This document shows, piece after piece, positions 39,113 through 50,823 of a stretch of 64,000 nt of DNA (position 1 is the stretch's first letter; every line of letters starts with the position of its first letter). The stretch comes from Vairimorpha necatrix (taxonomy: Eukaryota), in contig CP142730.1 of the NCBI GenBank assembly GCA_036630325.1, positions 186,001 to 250,000 on the forward strand, given 5' to 3'. The position numbers and the translations under genes were made by a program. Below the pieces are notes generated by a model. It did not search any database. It was not told where the DNA came from and saw only the letters and a list, made by a program, of their open reading frames with translations.

Positions 39113-42100
39113 TGTATTTATTTATCATAATTGGGGATCAAAAATATAAGAATATATAACATCCCCCTCCAAGACGGTTAGTCTCCTACATCACCATTAA
39201 CCCCAAGCAGATTTTTCAAGTCATAATGTCTCTTTTTAACATATCGCCCATTAGATAGCTTCACAACATACGAGTCCCCGGGCATATCACCATTATAATA
39301 CCTTCGTCTAAAAACCTTCCCTTTTCATATTTATTACATCCTTTGATGTTTTCTTTCTTAGCTATTCCTACTCGTTGTCCTTCAATAAACCGCTCTCTAT
39401 ATCTTCTAACAAATCTTTTACTGTAGTCTCCTTCTGGTCCATTTAATATCATCACTTTTCCCGTATTGTCTTTTACCGCTTCATTGGGAGTACTTCTTAT
39501 ACCTTCATGGTAACTATTATTATAAATTTTAAAGCTTCCCATCACTATGTCTTCAAAACTCGCCGTCTCTTTACTCATTTTCAATATTAGCTCTCTAAGC
39601 GTTCATATAACTCTTTCAACTCTAACATTGCTTCTATGAGACTCGACACTCACCTTATTATAAGTAATATCCAATTTTCGGCGCATCGGTCAGAACTTGG
39701 ACTTTTTTCTCTCTAAGGGTCCCCCCTTGGAGAGAATCGAAAAAAAATAATAATAATAAAAAACCATTTTATTCTAAGAAAACTTTGATAATTTCAATGA
39801 AGAACTCTCTTGAACTTTTGATGTTTTTATAAATTGCACATCTTCTTCTCCACTTAAATTCTTCCAAAAAATCAGGGATAGCACTTTCTTTGATCCCTTT
39901 TCTAGCTATTATATCACATTTAAGATGTGACCAAACACCTTCTATTAAGTTTGTGGTCTCTCCTGCTTCGTTTTTAAAGCCTTCATCATGAATTACAACG
40001 CGATGATCACCGTTGATAGATTCTACTGCTGCGGGATAAGATTTATGACTATCAGTTATGCATGTAGTGTCGTTTTTTATATACTTTTTAAAAAACCGAG
40101 TCATCGTCTGTATAGTCCGGTTAGGTACTATTTCGATTCTCAGTTCTAACGTTCGCTCGTCTATCGTCCCTACCAACCACACACAGTTTTTGACTGTGTC
40201 ATATCTTTCCGATGGAGATTTGACAAACTTCCCCTTTACTATAACCGTTTCATCGGTCTGTGTCACTTCTTCAAATCCTCCAATTTTTTTTTGGTGTTTG
40301 AGATTTTCTTTTTTCAGTGCTTCGTATATTTTTTTTTAGCCCTAAAGACACTGGAAGCAGACACCCGGGAATTTTTGTATAGGTTTAGTGTAGACTGCTT
40401 TTCAGTGAACGAATACAGAATATACAAATAATTATGTATAGGTATTCGGGGATTAGAAAATGAAGTTTTATCAAAAACTCCGATTGATGTTCCACATCCA
40501 GTCTTCCCCCTACACTTAAACCGGTGGCAGTTCATGTACAAATCGTCCAGTGTTAATATCATTATACCAGGACATTTCGTACATTCCATTGTTGTTTTTA
40601 GTAGATTTTCATCCACCAACCAACATATTGCCTCATGTGGGCCTTGGAATATTTTCGACCTACTGTCAAGCGGCTCCATACATACCATAAGGGTAAAATA
40701 TTTTTGAAAAAATCATCTAAAAAACAAAAATGTTTATAACTCAAGAAATGTTAATGCGAATGAAATTTAAACAAATCTGTAAAATTTCGACTCTTGGGGA
40801 TATGGTTCGTAAAAAACATTTCCCCACTTTACGGTCAGTACCCGGATTCAGTACGTAAAATATTGTGGGAAGTCCGGGTTCTGACCGTTGCGCCCAATTT
40901 TCTACACAAATCCTTAAAGTCAACATTATCAAATTCCTTCCCATTATCCGTTATTATTTCCTTCGGCCTCCTGCCATTTCTACATAAGTTCTCAATAAAC
41001 TGGGCCACAGAGGATCTCTTCTTATCGTATAATACACATCCCCACGCTATCCTCGTATAGTAATCTATCGTAACTAATACATATTTGCCCTTATCTCTAA
41101 AATCAATTAAATCTAACGCTACTTTTTCTAAATACCTGCTTGTAGCAACAAAATCACATCCTCCAGACCTTTTCCTATTGTAAATTTGACACTTCTCGCA
41201 TCTTTTTATCATTTTCGCTATATCTTCTTTTATTCCTGGCCAATAATAATCAAATTTCATGGCATAATACATGCTTCCTAGTCCTATGTGTCCATGCTCT
41301 TCATGATAACGTCTCATAAGCTCATCTCTTTCTTTTATTTTAGGAATCAATGCTTTCCTCCCCGAATCAAAATTCCAGTATTCTTTACCGTCGATTGTCT
41401 CGACGTGCTTCAACCATTTACCTTAAATTTGACGCTCACTTCTTTTTATCATTTCTTTTCTTGGATCAACCTCCTCGCGTATCCTACTTAAAGCATCCGC
41501 CACGACCATATGTTCTGGTTTCCTGTAATCTATTTCAAAGTCAAACTCTTGGATCTTTTCGATCCATCGATTAATTCTATTATTATTAAAACACGGCTTT
41601 CTTCTTATTTCCGCCAATGCTTTGTGATCCGTTTCTACTTTAAATTTTCGTCCTCTTAACTCATACTCAAATTTCTTTATTCCCTAATATATGGCATACA
41701 TTTCCTTTTCACTTATACCATATATAGTTTCCGTCGGGGTGAATTTCTTCGATGTCCATTGTACTGGCACTTACTCTTCTTTATCATTCTTCTGCATGAG
41801 TACTGCGCCCATTCCTATATTGCTCGCGTCAGTTCTTAATAAAAATTCCTTGTCATAGTTTACAATTTTCAACTTACTCATACTTCTTAACGTTTCCTTC
41901 ATATTTTCGAACTCTTTATTTAAGTCATCAGTCCAATTCAATACTTTACTTTTACCTTTCAAACTTTCAGTCATATATAATGTCTTCTCCGCATAATTCT
42001 TAATAAATCCTCGAAACCATCCACTCAGTCCTAAAAATCTTCTTATGTCAGACACATTCTGCGGCGTTTGAAACACTAGTGCTTCGTTTTTCTTGATTTC

Positions 42101-43474
42101 AGACGGCATCATATCATCTCCGTTTAATGTAACTCCCAATAACTTGACTTCCTTTTGGCAATACTGAATTTTACTTGAATTTATCCGCATATTATTCCGT
42201 TCTAACAATTTCATCGCTTCTACAAATAATTTATCATGTTCTTTTCTAGTCTTCGCATGAATCACTATATCATCCATGTATACTTCTATTTTACCACCCA
42301 AATGTTTTTCAAAAATCTTATTCATAATTCTCTGCATGATCTGAGACGAGTTTTTAAACCCCATGACCATACTATTCCATTCATATACTATCTTATCATA
42401 CTCAAATGCAGTCTTATGCTTGTCTTGCTCTTCTATTTCGATTCCATAAAAAGGCCCCTTAAGATCTATAACACTGAAAAACTTCGACCCTTGCGTGTTC
42501 CTTATGATATCCCCAATGTTAACTAAATCATAAGGGTCTTTTTCCACTAAATCATTTAATGCCACGAGATTGCTAACCAGTCTTATACTTCCATCTGGCT
42601 TAACTAGAGCTTTACTCGGATTTCTCCATTCCGACTTCGATCTTCTTATGACATTCCTTGTCTCTAATTTCTGAAATATTTTCTCAGCTCTTCTTTATGC
42701 GCTTGTGGCACCTGCTGACCTTTACTTACAAATTTCTTGCCTTCTTCAGTTCTTATTCTGCATTTTTCAATTTTACAATATCTTATTTTCTCTTCTTCGT
42801 TCTCTATAACGTTCCTAAACCTCTTTCTCATGTCTTCTAATGTTAGACCGTTCTTTCCTACCTCATCGTAACATCTTTTATTTCTTGTCTTCCATTCTTG
42901 TTTCTTTTGTCTTTTAGCATCCCATGTGTTCCTATAAGTCCTTTCATCACAGCTACTGCTACCTTCTTCTTTAATACTCTCACATTCGTCTTTATTTTTA
43001 ACATTTCTATATCTATAATAACACATCTGACTCTTATGTCCCATTCTTGAACAATTATAACATCTCATTGTTCTTCTCTTTTCAAATATTCTTTCCTCTC
43101 TACTAATATTTTTAATTTCCTCTGCCACCATCTTTGTGACCTCCTCAATCATCCGTAATCTCATATCCTTTTCCTCCTGTACTTTAACCAATTCCTCTAA
43201 TTTGGTTTCCTTACCTTTCCAATGATCTTCAATCTTAATATTCTTAACCATAAATTCTTTCAACTCATCAGTTCCAAGATCAAAAATCTCCTTCTTTAGA
43301 TTTTTCAAAAAAACATAATCAGACAATACTAATCCATAAACAATCCTCTTAAACTCTTCTAATAATCTTCTGGCCTCTTGACCACAGCCAACACTTGTTA
43401 ACTCACGATTCGGTATCGCCCCTCATGTATTTATTTATCATAATTGGGGATCAAAAATATAAGAATATATAACA
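39113..43474 (-). mobile_element. Ty3/Gypsy element with identical 49-bp LTRs
   Basis: LTRs 39113-39161 and 43426-43474, TSD TATAA, PPT GGAGGGGGA. Gag CYNCSRMGHKSQMC, RT YMDD, RNase H RTDAS, integrase HEEHGH..C..C and TDNGKEF. Confidence 0.92.
39680..40894 (-). mobile_element. Merlin DNA transposon, family B, inserted in a Gypsy integrase
   Basis: TIR GGCGCA(T/A)CGGTCAGAAC..GGACTT, 8-bp TSD CAATTTTC. Transposase QTDET, TDSHKSY, TTNLIEGVW. Confidence 0.93.
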
Positions 43475-44003
43475 TATAATATCAAAAACTATTTAGAAAG
43501 CTATTACAAAAATAGCTAAGTTCCTTTTATACAAGACAGTAATAAAATCTAAACATATCAAATATTAAATTGCGGAATTCTATTACTTTATTGTATATAT
43601 GTTGTAAAAAAATGATTTTTCTTTCATTGAAAATCACAAATAATTATAATCTCGTTATTTCCACTGTATATTTCCTTTATTTTTCAACTTTTGTTCATTT
43701 TAATATCTTATATAACTGATTATTTTTCTTTTATTTTTTTAATGTAGGTCAAAATCTCTAAAATCAGTCCTAATGAATATTAATAATTGTGGCGCGCGAG
43801 CGTTGACCCCGTGCAAGCTTTGACCCCCCCCCCAAAAAAAAAAAACGTAAAAAAAATAAGAAATAAAAAAAACAAAAAAAAATTTTAAAATTGAATTTTA
43901 ATTATAGTTTTTTAAGCCTTGACATGGGAAAATTTGAGTTCCTTATTCAGTTTCACATTCCACTCTGTTGTTTGAGAGAATTTTTTTAATCTATATTTCT
44001 TTA

Positions 44004-45239
44004 CAAGGTTTTGAATTTCTATAGTGCCATGCTTGAATTTCTATATTCCCATGTTTGAATTTCTATAGTGCCATAAAAAGATGAAATTAAAAATAAATAA
44101 AAAAGTTTATTAAATAAAGTCTTCTCTTGCTCTTGCCTTTTCTAGCCACTCCATCATATTTCTATAAAATCCAGGACACTCACGGCTATAATTTAAACTC
44201 AAAATATTTTCAATCCTTGTTTCAATTTGACTTTCTGTATTATGAAAAGATGAAAACCTTGCCTTGAGCATCGAAAAGAATTCTTCGATGGGATATAATT
44301 GTGGAGAATAAGGAGGCAGGAATTTATGATTGATGCCTAGACTGTTTAATTTTTGTAAAACTTCCCGCGAATGATGAAAACTAGCATTATCCATAATTAG
44401 AACTTTACCAGGATTATTCCTAAAGAACATAGACAATTTATTCTCTACAAAGTTCATAAAACTCTCAGAGTTATACGCTCCACGTTTGAACTCATATGCC
44501 AATAATCCATTTATAGTAATTACGCACATGCAGCTGATATTTTGGCCTCGATTTGCTGGCACATTCTTATAGGCTTTAGTGTTTTTCTCTGAGTATCCGT
44601 AACTACGGGTCGTATGGGCGTTGAACCCAGTTTCATCAAGGAAAACTAGGTTTTCAACAGAGTACCTACTAATTTCAGCTGCATAGATACTCTTTTTATT
44701 TAACTTGTCCAACGAATTACGTTCAACAGGAATTAGTGAAGGTCTTTTTTTTTGTTATACCGAGTTTTTTTTAGTTTTTTCGATATTGAAGATATGGTCA
44801 AATTTACTCCTGTTCGTGTATATAACTCGGATGAAATTTCTTGTAAAGTCATATCATTAGCACAATCAACTATGTTTTTTATAACACACTCTGTGTTTGA
44901 AAGTATTTCGCTTTCACCCAACTGCGGAAGAGGGCCAACGGATTGATTGTGCTATCTTCTTTAAAAGATGCAACGGTTTTACGGTGTAAATCAACCATCC
45001 TCGATATTTCGGCAATGGATCGTTTTTCATCTTTTGATAACTCCAAAACTATGTTTCTTAATTCAGTAGTTATTGTTTTACTTTCTTTTCTAACCATTAA
45101 GGGGCACAAAAAATTCAAATTTTTATGGGACTATAGAAATTCAAACATGGGAATATAGAAATTCAAACATGGCACTATAGAAATTCATACATGGGAATAT
45201 AGAAATTCAAACATGGGACTATAATGATTCAAACCCCTG
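44004..45239 (-). mobile_element. Tc1/IS630-like DNA transposon (transposase frameshifted, 44110-~45097)
   Basis: TA-flanked TIRs CA(A/G)GG(T/G)TTTGAAT with 22-bp subterminal repeats. DDE motifs FLDETGF, MDNASFH, LPPYSPQLYPIEE. Confidence 0.93.
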
Positions 45240-46459
45240 TAAAAAAAAGAAGATAATTTTTTTTTGTTTTGATATTATTATCAAAGTCTTTAGCTACAAT
45301 GACTTTGTCACCAATTTCAAAAGTATATTCTGAGATATGAGCCAATGAATGACGATCCATTCTTGCAAGGTAAATTGGAACAACTGAACCAGTTTCAGTT
45401 TGCTCTTTAAAAACACTATTCGACAAATCTCTTTTATTTTCTGTCTCCAGTATCATTTCAATTTCTTTTAAGCTATCACCTGAAGACTCGTTCTCATCTT
45501 GCGTATAGACAGAATTAAATCCTGGTATTTTTAAGAATAAATTAAACGGGACCTGCTTTGTCGCACTATGTTTGGCCAAATTGTAGTTGTAAACTACTTT
45601 ATCTAGATGTTTCTTCCATTCCTTTTCTTCTTGAGTTTTAAAATTGCAAACGACTAACAAACTTTCATCAAATACATGTTTTTATATTGTTCGCGTTAAA
45701 GTTTGGTTAACCCTTTCTATTTGCCCGTTTGATTGTGGGTGACGGGGCCTACTATCATTTGAAAAATAAAAAAGTCTGAACAAAATTTATTTATATAGGA
45801 ATTGCAGAATTCCTTTCCATTATCGCTTTGAAGGATCTTGGGCGGACCAGTCATATTGTAAAATAAAAATTTAAGGTTTTTTGTAACCTCATCGTCCATT
45901 CTACTTTTCAATGGGAAGGCCTAGGCAAACTTAGAATACACATCTATTATTGATAAATTTCAACAATAACAGTCGTTAAACCTTTTATAGCGTGTCATAT
46001 CGATTAAATCGATCATAATTCGTTCCATTGGTTTTGAGGCCGTAATATGTACTTGGCGCTCTTTATTTTTTTACAGTTGTGATTGTCCACATGTGATGCA
46101 TTCGGAAACAATTTTTCTTATAATGTCCCTAGGAATTTTACAAAAAAACCTTATTGCATGATGCTTTGAATCGGTTAACGCCCCTATGATGAAGCTGGTG
46201 AAAAGCTCTACATTCAACTTCCATGGCTTCAAGCTGTTCACTATGAAAAACCTTGAGGTGGTTCCCATTAGCCTCGTCCCTTAAATATAACGCACCATCT
46301 ATAAGAAGGTAATTGCCAGCTTTTTGTTTCAACTGTTTTTTTGTTGCTTTTCTAAAACAACTTCATTGTCCCTGCCCAGTAAAACTAATTTTAAATTACT
46401 GTATTCACTAGCATTTCTGGGAGGAAGAATCATTTTTAAGGGGATAAAAAAAATCATTT

Positions 46460-48510
46460 TGTGGTATTATTTACCACATTACTTATTTTTATTTCATTTT
46501 CCCTCCAAGTGAATTTTCTAGAAAATATTTTGCTATAAATATTTTCTTTTATTTTGACCCATCGATTTTTAGATGAGAAGAGAACAGAGAGTCTACAACG
46601 ATAACGGGAGGGTATCTTACACCCTACCCCCTCACATGAGGAACTATGAAAGCCCACAGGGGCAAGTTAATAAACATAATTTAAATAAAACTAATTTAGG
46701 TGCAGGGAGAAGCATTCTTGAATGCTATTTACATTATGGCCATCTCCCTGGTGGAAACACCACAATGAATTCATTAAGTGTTAGAGATTCACTTACAATA
46801 AAAAAATAAAACCAAGTACTATTGAGTGAAGTTAATGTTCCAAAGGAAAGTGTAACCTTTGAGAAAAAAGTAATTGGAACTCCAATTACCATCCAAGAAA
46901 AAATCTATAAAATTAAAGACATTAAAAGAGATTGTAATTTAAAACATATGGAGAAATTTGAAGCATTGGCTACTGCCAATGAATGGACGGATGAACAGAT
47001 GGGTATAATTTACCATTCTTTAATTGACGATGATAGAATTGAAGATAGCTTAACAAGAAACAGCTATAGGAAACTGAGAGAAGAGATAATTGAAGAAATT
47101 TATCCTAAAAGCGATGCCAGGTTATTACTGATAAAGTTGGAAACCGTAAAACAGGTTCAATATAAATATATAGTCGACTATTATAATGAAGTGGCGAGTA
47201 TAATTGAAATTTATGGTATTATGAATGCTTTGAGCAAGAAAGAGTCTGAAAACAGATTATATGAAGCATTTAATAGAGGATTGAGCAGTTTTACTGCAAT
47301 TGAAATTTATAAACAACGATTAGACAACTGTCCGACAGTTGAATTAGTTAGATATCTGCAAGGGTTGGAAGAAAATATTATCTTGCAGGGAACACTAGCT
47401 AACATGAATATAAGACCCGTTGATCTTACGAGAAATTATAATAATAATCGGGAAGTATCAAATACCCCCATGAATAATAATAAATGGTGCTCTATACATC
47501 GAGCGAGATCACATAATACACAAGATTGCCGTATGAAAGGACTAGATGTCAAAAATGGAGAAATTACAGATAATAGGAAAATTCTCAACAACTATAATAA
47601 TAAGGGTGAAATATTAAACAAAAACGACAACGAGAGTAATTGCTTTATAATTCAGAAACCAATTAAAAACATTACTATCGACCAACTACCCCCAATAAAG
47701 AAAAATATCATTCGAACGGGGTATGGAATAGAAGGTGTCTCAAATAAAAAAATCGAAGCTGAACAAGCAAAAGTTGCTAATATTAAAATTAACTGTGTGA
47801 AAAAGACAGGGAATACACTACCATTAGAAGGTGTATATTCAAGAAAATGTCAATTATATAACAAAGAAAGAAGTAAGCCGCCTGAAAATGTTAAAGATAA
47901 CCACCTGCAGCCGAAAGCTTTATCATTACCTAAAAATGGTAATTATAAGATTGAAAATAAATTAAATCGTGGCGCATTTAGAAAACATTGGCGAGGAAAT
48001 AGGACACAGCAGATGCTATTTGATAGAAGTAGATATGGAGGAAAACGTGTACGTAAGAAGCCGAAGTATTATGAATTGAATTCTAACCTTGATTTGAGGT
48101 CACAAACATCAAGCCCAACCAATACGAAAAAATTATGGAAAGAATCATTTGGCGATTACGGAGGAACGCCTATTCTTTATTGTTGACTCTGTGGAGGAGG
48201 TAGTATGTGGTATTATTTACCACATTACTTATTTTTATTTCATTTTCCCTCCAAGTGAATTTTCTAGAAAATATTTTGCTATAAATATTTTCTTTTATTT
48301 TGACCCATCGATTTTTAGATGAGAAGAGAACAGAGAGTCTACAACGATAACGGGAGGGTATCTTACACCCTACCCCCTCACATGAGGAACTATGAAAGCC
48401 CACAGGGGCAAGTTAATAAACATAATTTAAATAAAACTAATTTAGGTGCAGGGAGAAGCATTCTTGAATGCTATTTACATTATGGCCATCTCCCTGGTGG
48501 AAACACCACA
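46460..48510 (+). mobile_element. Non-autonomous gag-only LTR retroelement
   Basis: Identical 305-bp LTRs 46460-46764 and 48206-48510, TSD CATTT, PPT GGAGGAGG, and a single gag-like ORF. Confidence 0.93.
46765..48186 (+). CDS. Gag-like protein (in-frame TAA at 46807-46809; 454-aa open part from 46822)
   Basis: FEALATANEWTDEQ capsid-like segment and Zn knuckle WCSIHRARSHNTQDC. The ATG immediately after the LTR is in frame with 46822. Confidence 0.75.
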
Positions 48511-48607
48511 CATTTATTCATCAAATGTCATTATGTAAGTATTTTCTTATTTTTTTTATTTATTATTATTCAGTATGCCATGGTCGAGTGGTATGCTTGC
48601 TTGATTC

Positions 48608-49629
48608 GGCTAATGTCGGCTTTAGGAGAAAATTTTCGATATATGGTTTTTTTGTTTTTTTTGCTCCTTTTTTTCAAAAATGGAGGAGAATAAATGTGGA
48701 GGAAGAAACAAAAATAAAAATTAAAACAATAAATTTATTAATGCTTTCAAACACAGAACTAGAAGAATTTCTTTGAAGCATATACCTGAATAAATAAAGT
48801 TTCGCGCTCCGAACTGATCTATTTCTATTTGGTTTAGAATTTTTTATAGATCGCCAATTACCTTCTATGGTATTGGTATGAACTCCAGTAAATGGGTCTC
48901 TAAAGTGTAGAGAATGATTTACCATTAGATGTTGGTTAAATATTAAGCCTAAATTATGGTAGGCTCTCCACATATCGCTATAAATTATACCATTTCTGTC
49001 TACATATTTTAACAAAAGATTAGTTGGCGTTATTTGGTCTCCTTTCTTAATATATATAAATATAATTCGGCGGTGTATGGTACGTTCGACCATACCAAAA
49101 CACCAGAAACCTTTCATAATTCTACCTCTATTATTCTTATTCTTGCCAATCTTCGTCTTATCGATTTCCACTACTGTATTTTCACCGCCTATAACGCCAA
49201 TACTAGATAAATATTTTTCATAAATATCCAATTCTTTTAACTTTTTTAGTATGAATGACACAGATTCCGCTGAACAACCCAAAATTTGACAAATAGATTT
49301 TCGAGGATATCCTAGAATTCACATATTAAGTATTTGTAATACTGTAATATGGTTAAGTCTAGAATCTTGGAATAAAGTACCTTTCCATATTGAAACTGTT
49401 TTTTTACAAGTACTCCATTTACACTTCAAGATAAGTTTTTGTTTATTCTTTATTATCATCTGACAATCACATAATTCAGGATATTTTATTTCATTTTTGG
49501 TTATTAATGCATTATATATGTTTTCTAATTGCTCTCTTGTTTGAATTTTCTCCTCCATTTTTGAAAAAAAGGGGCAAAAAAAACAAAAAACCCCTAAATC
49601 GAAAATTTTCTCCAAACCCGACATTAGCC
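48608..49629 (-). mobile_element. Merlin DNA transposon, family C, long TIRs
   Basis: TIR GGCTAATGTCGG... (~85 bp), 8-bp TSD CTTGATTC. Transposase VEIDKT, SDMWRAY, HTNTIEGNW. Confidence 0.95.
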
Positions 49630-50823
49630 CTTGATTCTTTCACATGGCCGCGGGCGAATCCAGTTTAGTGCGTTTATTTATTTAAAAAAGATTAAACTTA
49701 GATAGGGCTTTCTGAAAGGAGGTCAACGCCTGCACGGAATTGAAGTTTCATTTAGGATCAATGCTTGCACAAGCCGGAAATCCTAGGGGCCAACGCTCGC
49801 GCGCCACAAAAATAATGTCTTTTTACTGACAACTTATTTTTAGAATATATAAGATGCGTAAATTTTCATTTTTAATTTGTCTTTTATTTTATTTTTAGGT
49901 TTTTGGCCATTGTCTTGACAAAAAAAACAATAGTTTGATTGTTTACAATACTTAATTTTCATAGATTGGGCTCTTTAATAAAATTTGTTTATTCTTTTTA
50001 CAAATGAAACATTTTTTCTTTATTAATTAATCGATATTGTTCATAACTCAGAAACAAACATAATTTCTTATTATATATCATTCAAAACGTTATTGTTCAT
50101 TATGTTAAGTCAGTACGAATAAAATACATAATGTAATTGATTCTGAGGTATTTCATTCTTTTATACATAGATACATCTGATTGTTGCAATAAATATGAAA
50201 TAATTATCAAGATTTTTATTTCTTAGTATATTTATATTAAGCATTTGGCATCTCAATCATATCTACATATATCTTAGTAAAAATTTATAAATTTTGTTGG
50301 CATTTTGAATTTCTAGTATCATATAATTTTTATTTTATTTTATATATAGACTTCGAGGTTGATTTACGCCCCAAAGACGGAATATTTTTTTTCTTTTAAT
50401 TTGTTCATTTTTTCTGCGCTTTTCGATCCTTATTGTTTAATCTTTCCTAGTCTTCCACTAAAAGTGTCTTGTTTATGTAAAATGCTAATGACTAATTGAA
50501 GATAATTAAAACACAAGAAACATTTGTTATATAAATCTTTATATGAATTTATTACATATATATATATACCTGCTCATTTTGCCATATAAAAGCATTCATT
50601 TATTCAGTCTATCGATGTGCCAGTCAATAACGGCCAATACTCAGAACACGTCTCAGTATGCAAATGACTCGTCACACATAGATTATTCATTTTTATGTTG
50701 TATTAATGGATATCTGTTCGAAATAAAAATTTCTTAAGATTATCTAAGTTCGGTTATATAGATAAATATTTTTATAACAATGTATTTAAAAGCGTTTTTT
50801 GAATAAAGATTAAACCAATTTTT

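Larger units (their letters stand above)
37668..43538. mobile_element. Solo LTR (TGTGATG family) split by Merlin and Gypsy insertions
   Basis: TGTGATGTACATTACTACATCACA start. The LTR sequence resumes at 39096 and 43480 and ends at AAGACA. TSD TTAAT/GTAAT (4/5). Confidence 0.75.
43788..49808 (-). mobile_element. Probable Ginger-type DNA transposon (stand-alone Gypsy-like integrase between TGT...ACA TIRs) with three nested elements
   Basis: TIR TGTGGCGCGCGAGCGTTG(A/G)CCCC at both ends, with subterminal GTGCAAGC-TTGACC-like motifs. Integrase pseudogene ~43903-46433 (HHRG..CITC, IDLIDM, LQSDNGKEF) with its own ATG and no RT or RNase H. Confidence 0.75.

Noticed and set aside
46454-48776. Duplicated small ORFs MGFHSSS... 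and MRREQRV...
   Set aside because: Incidental reading frames within the two identical LTRs.
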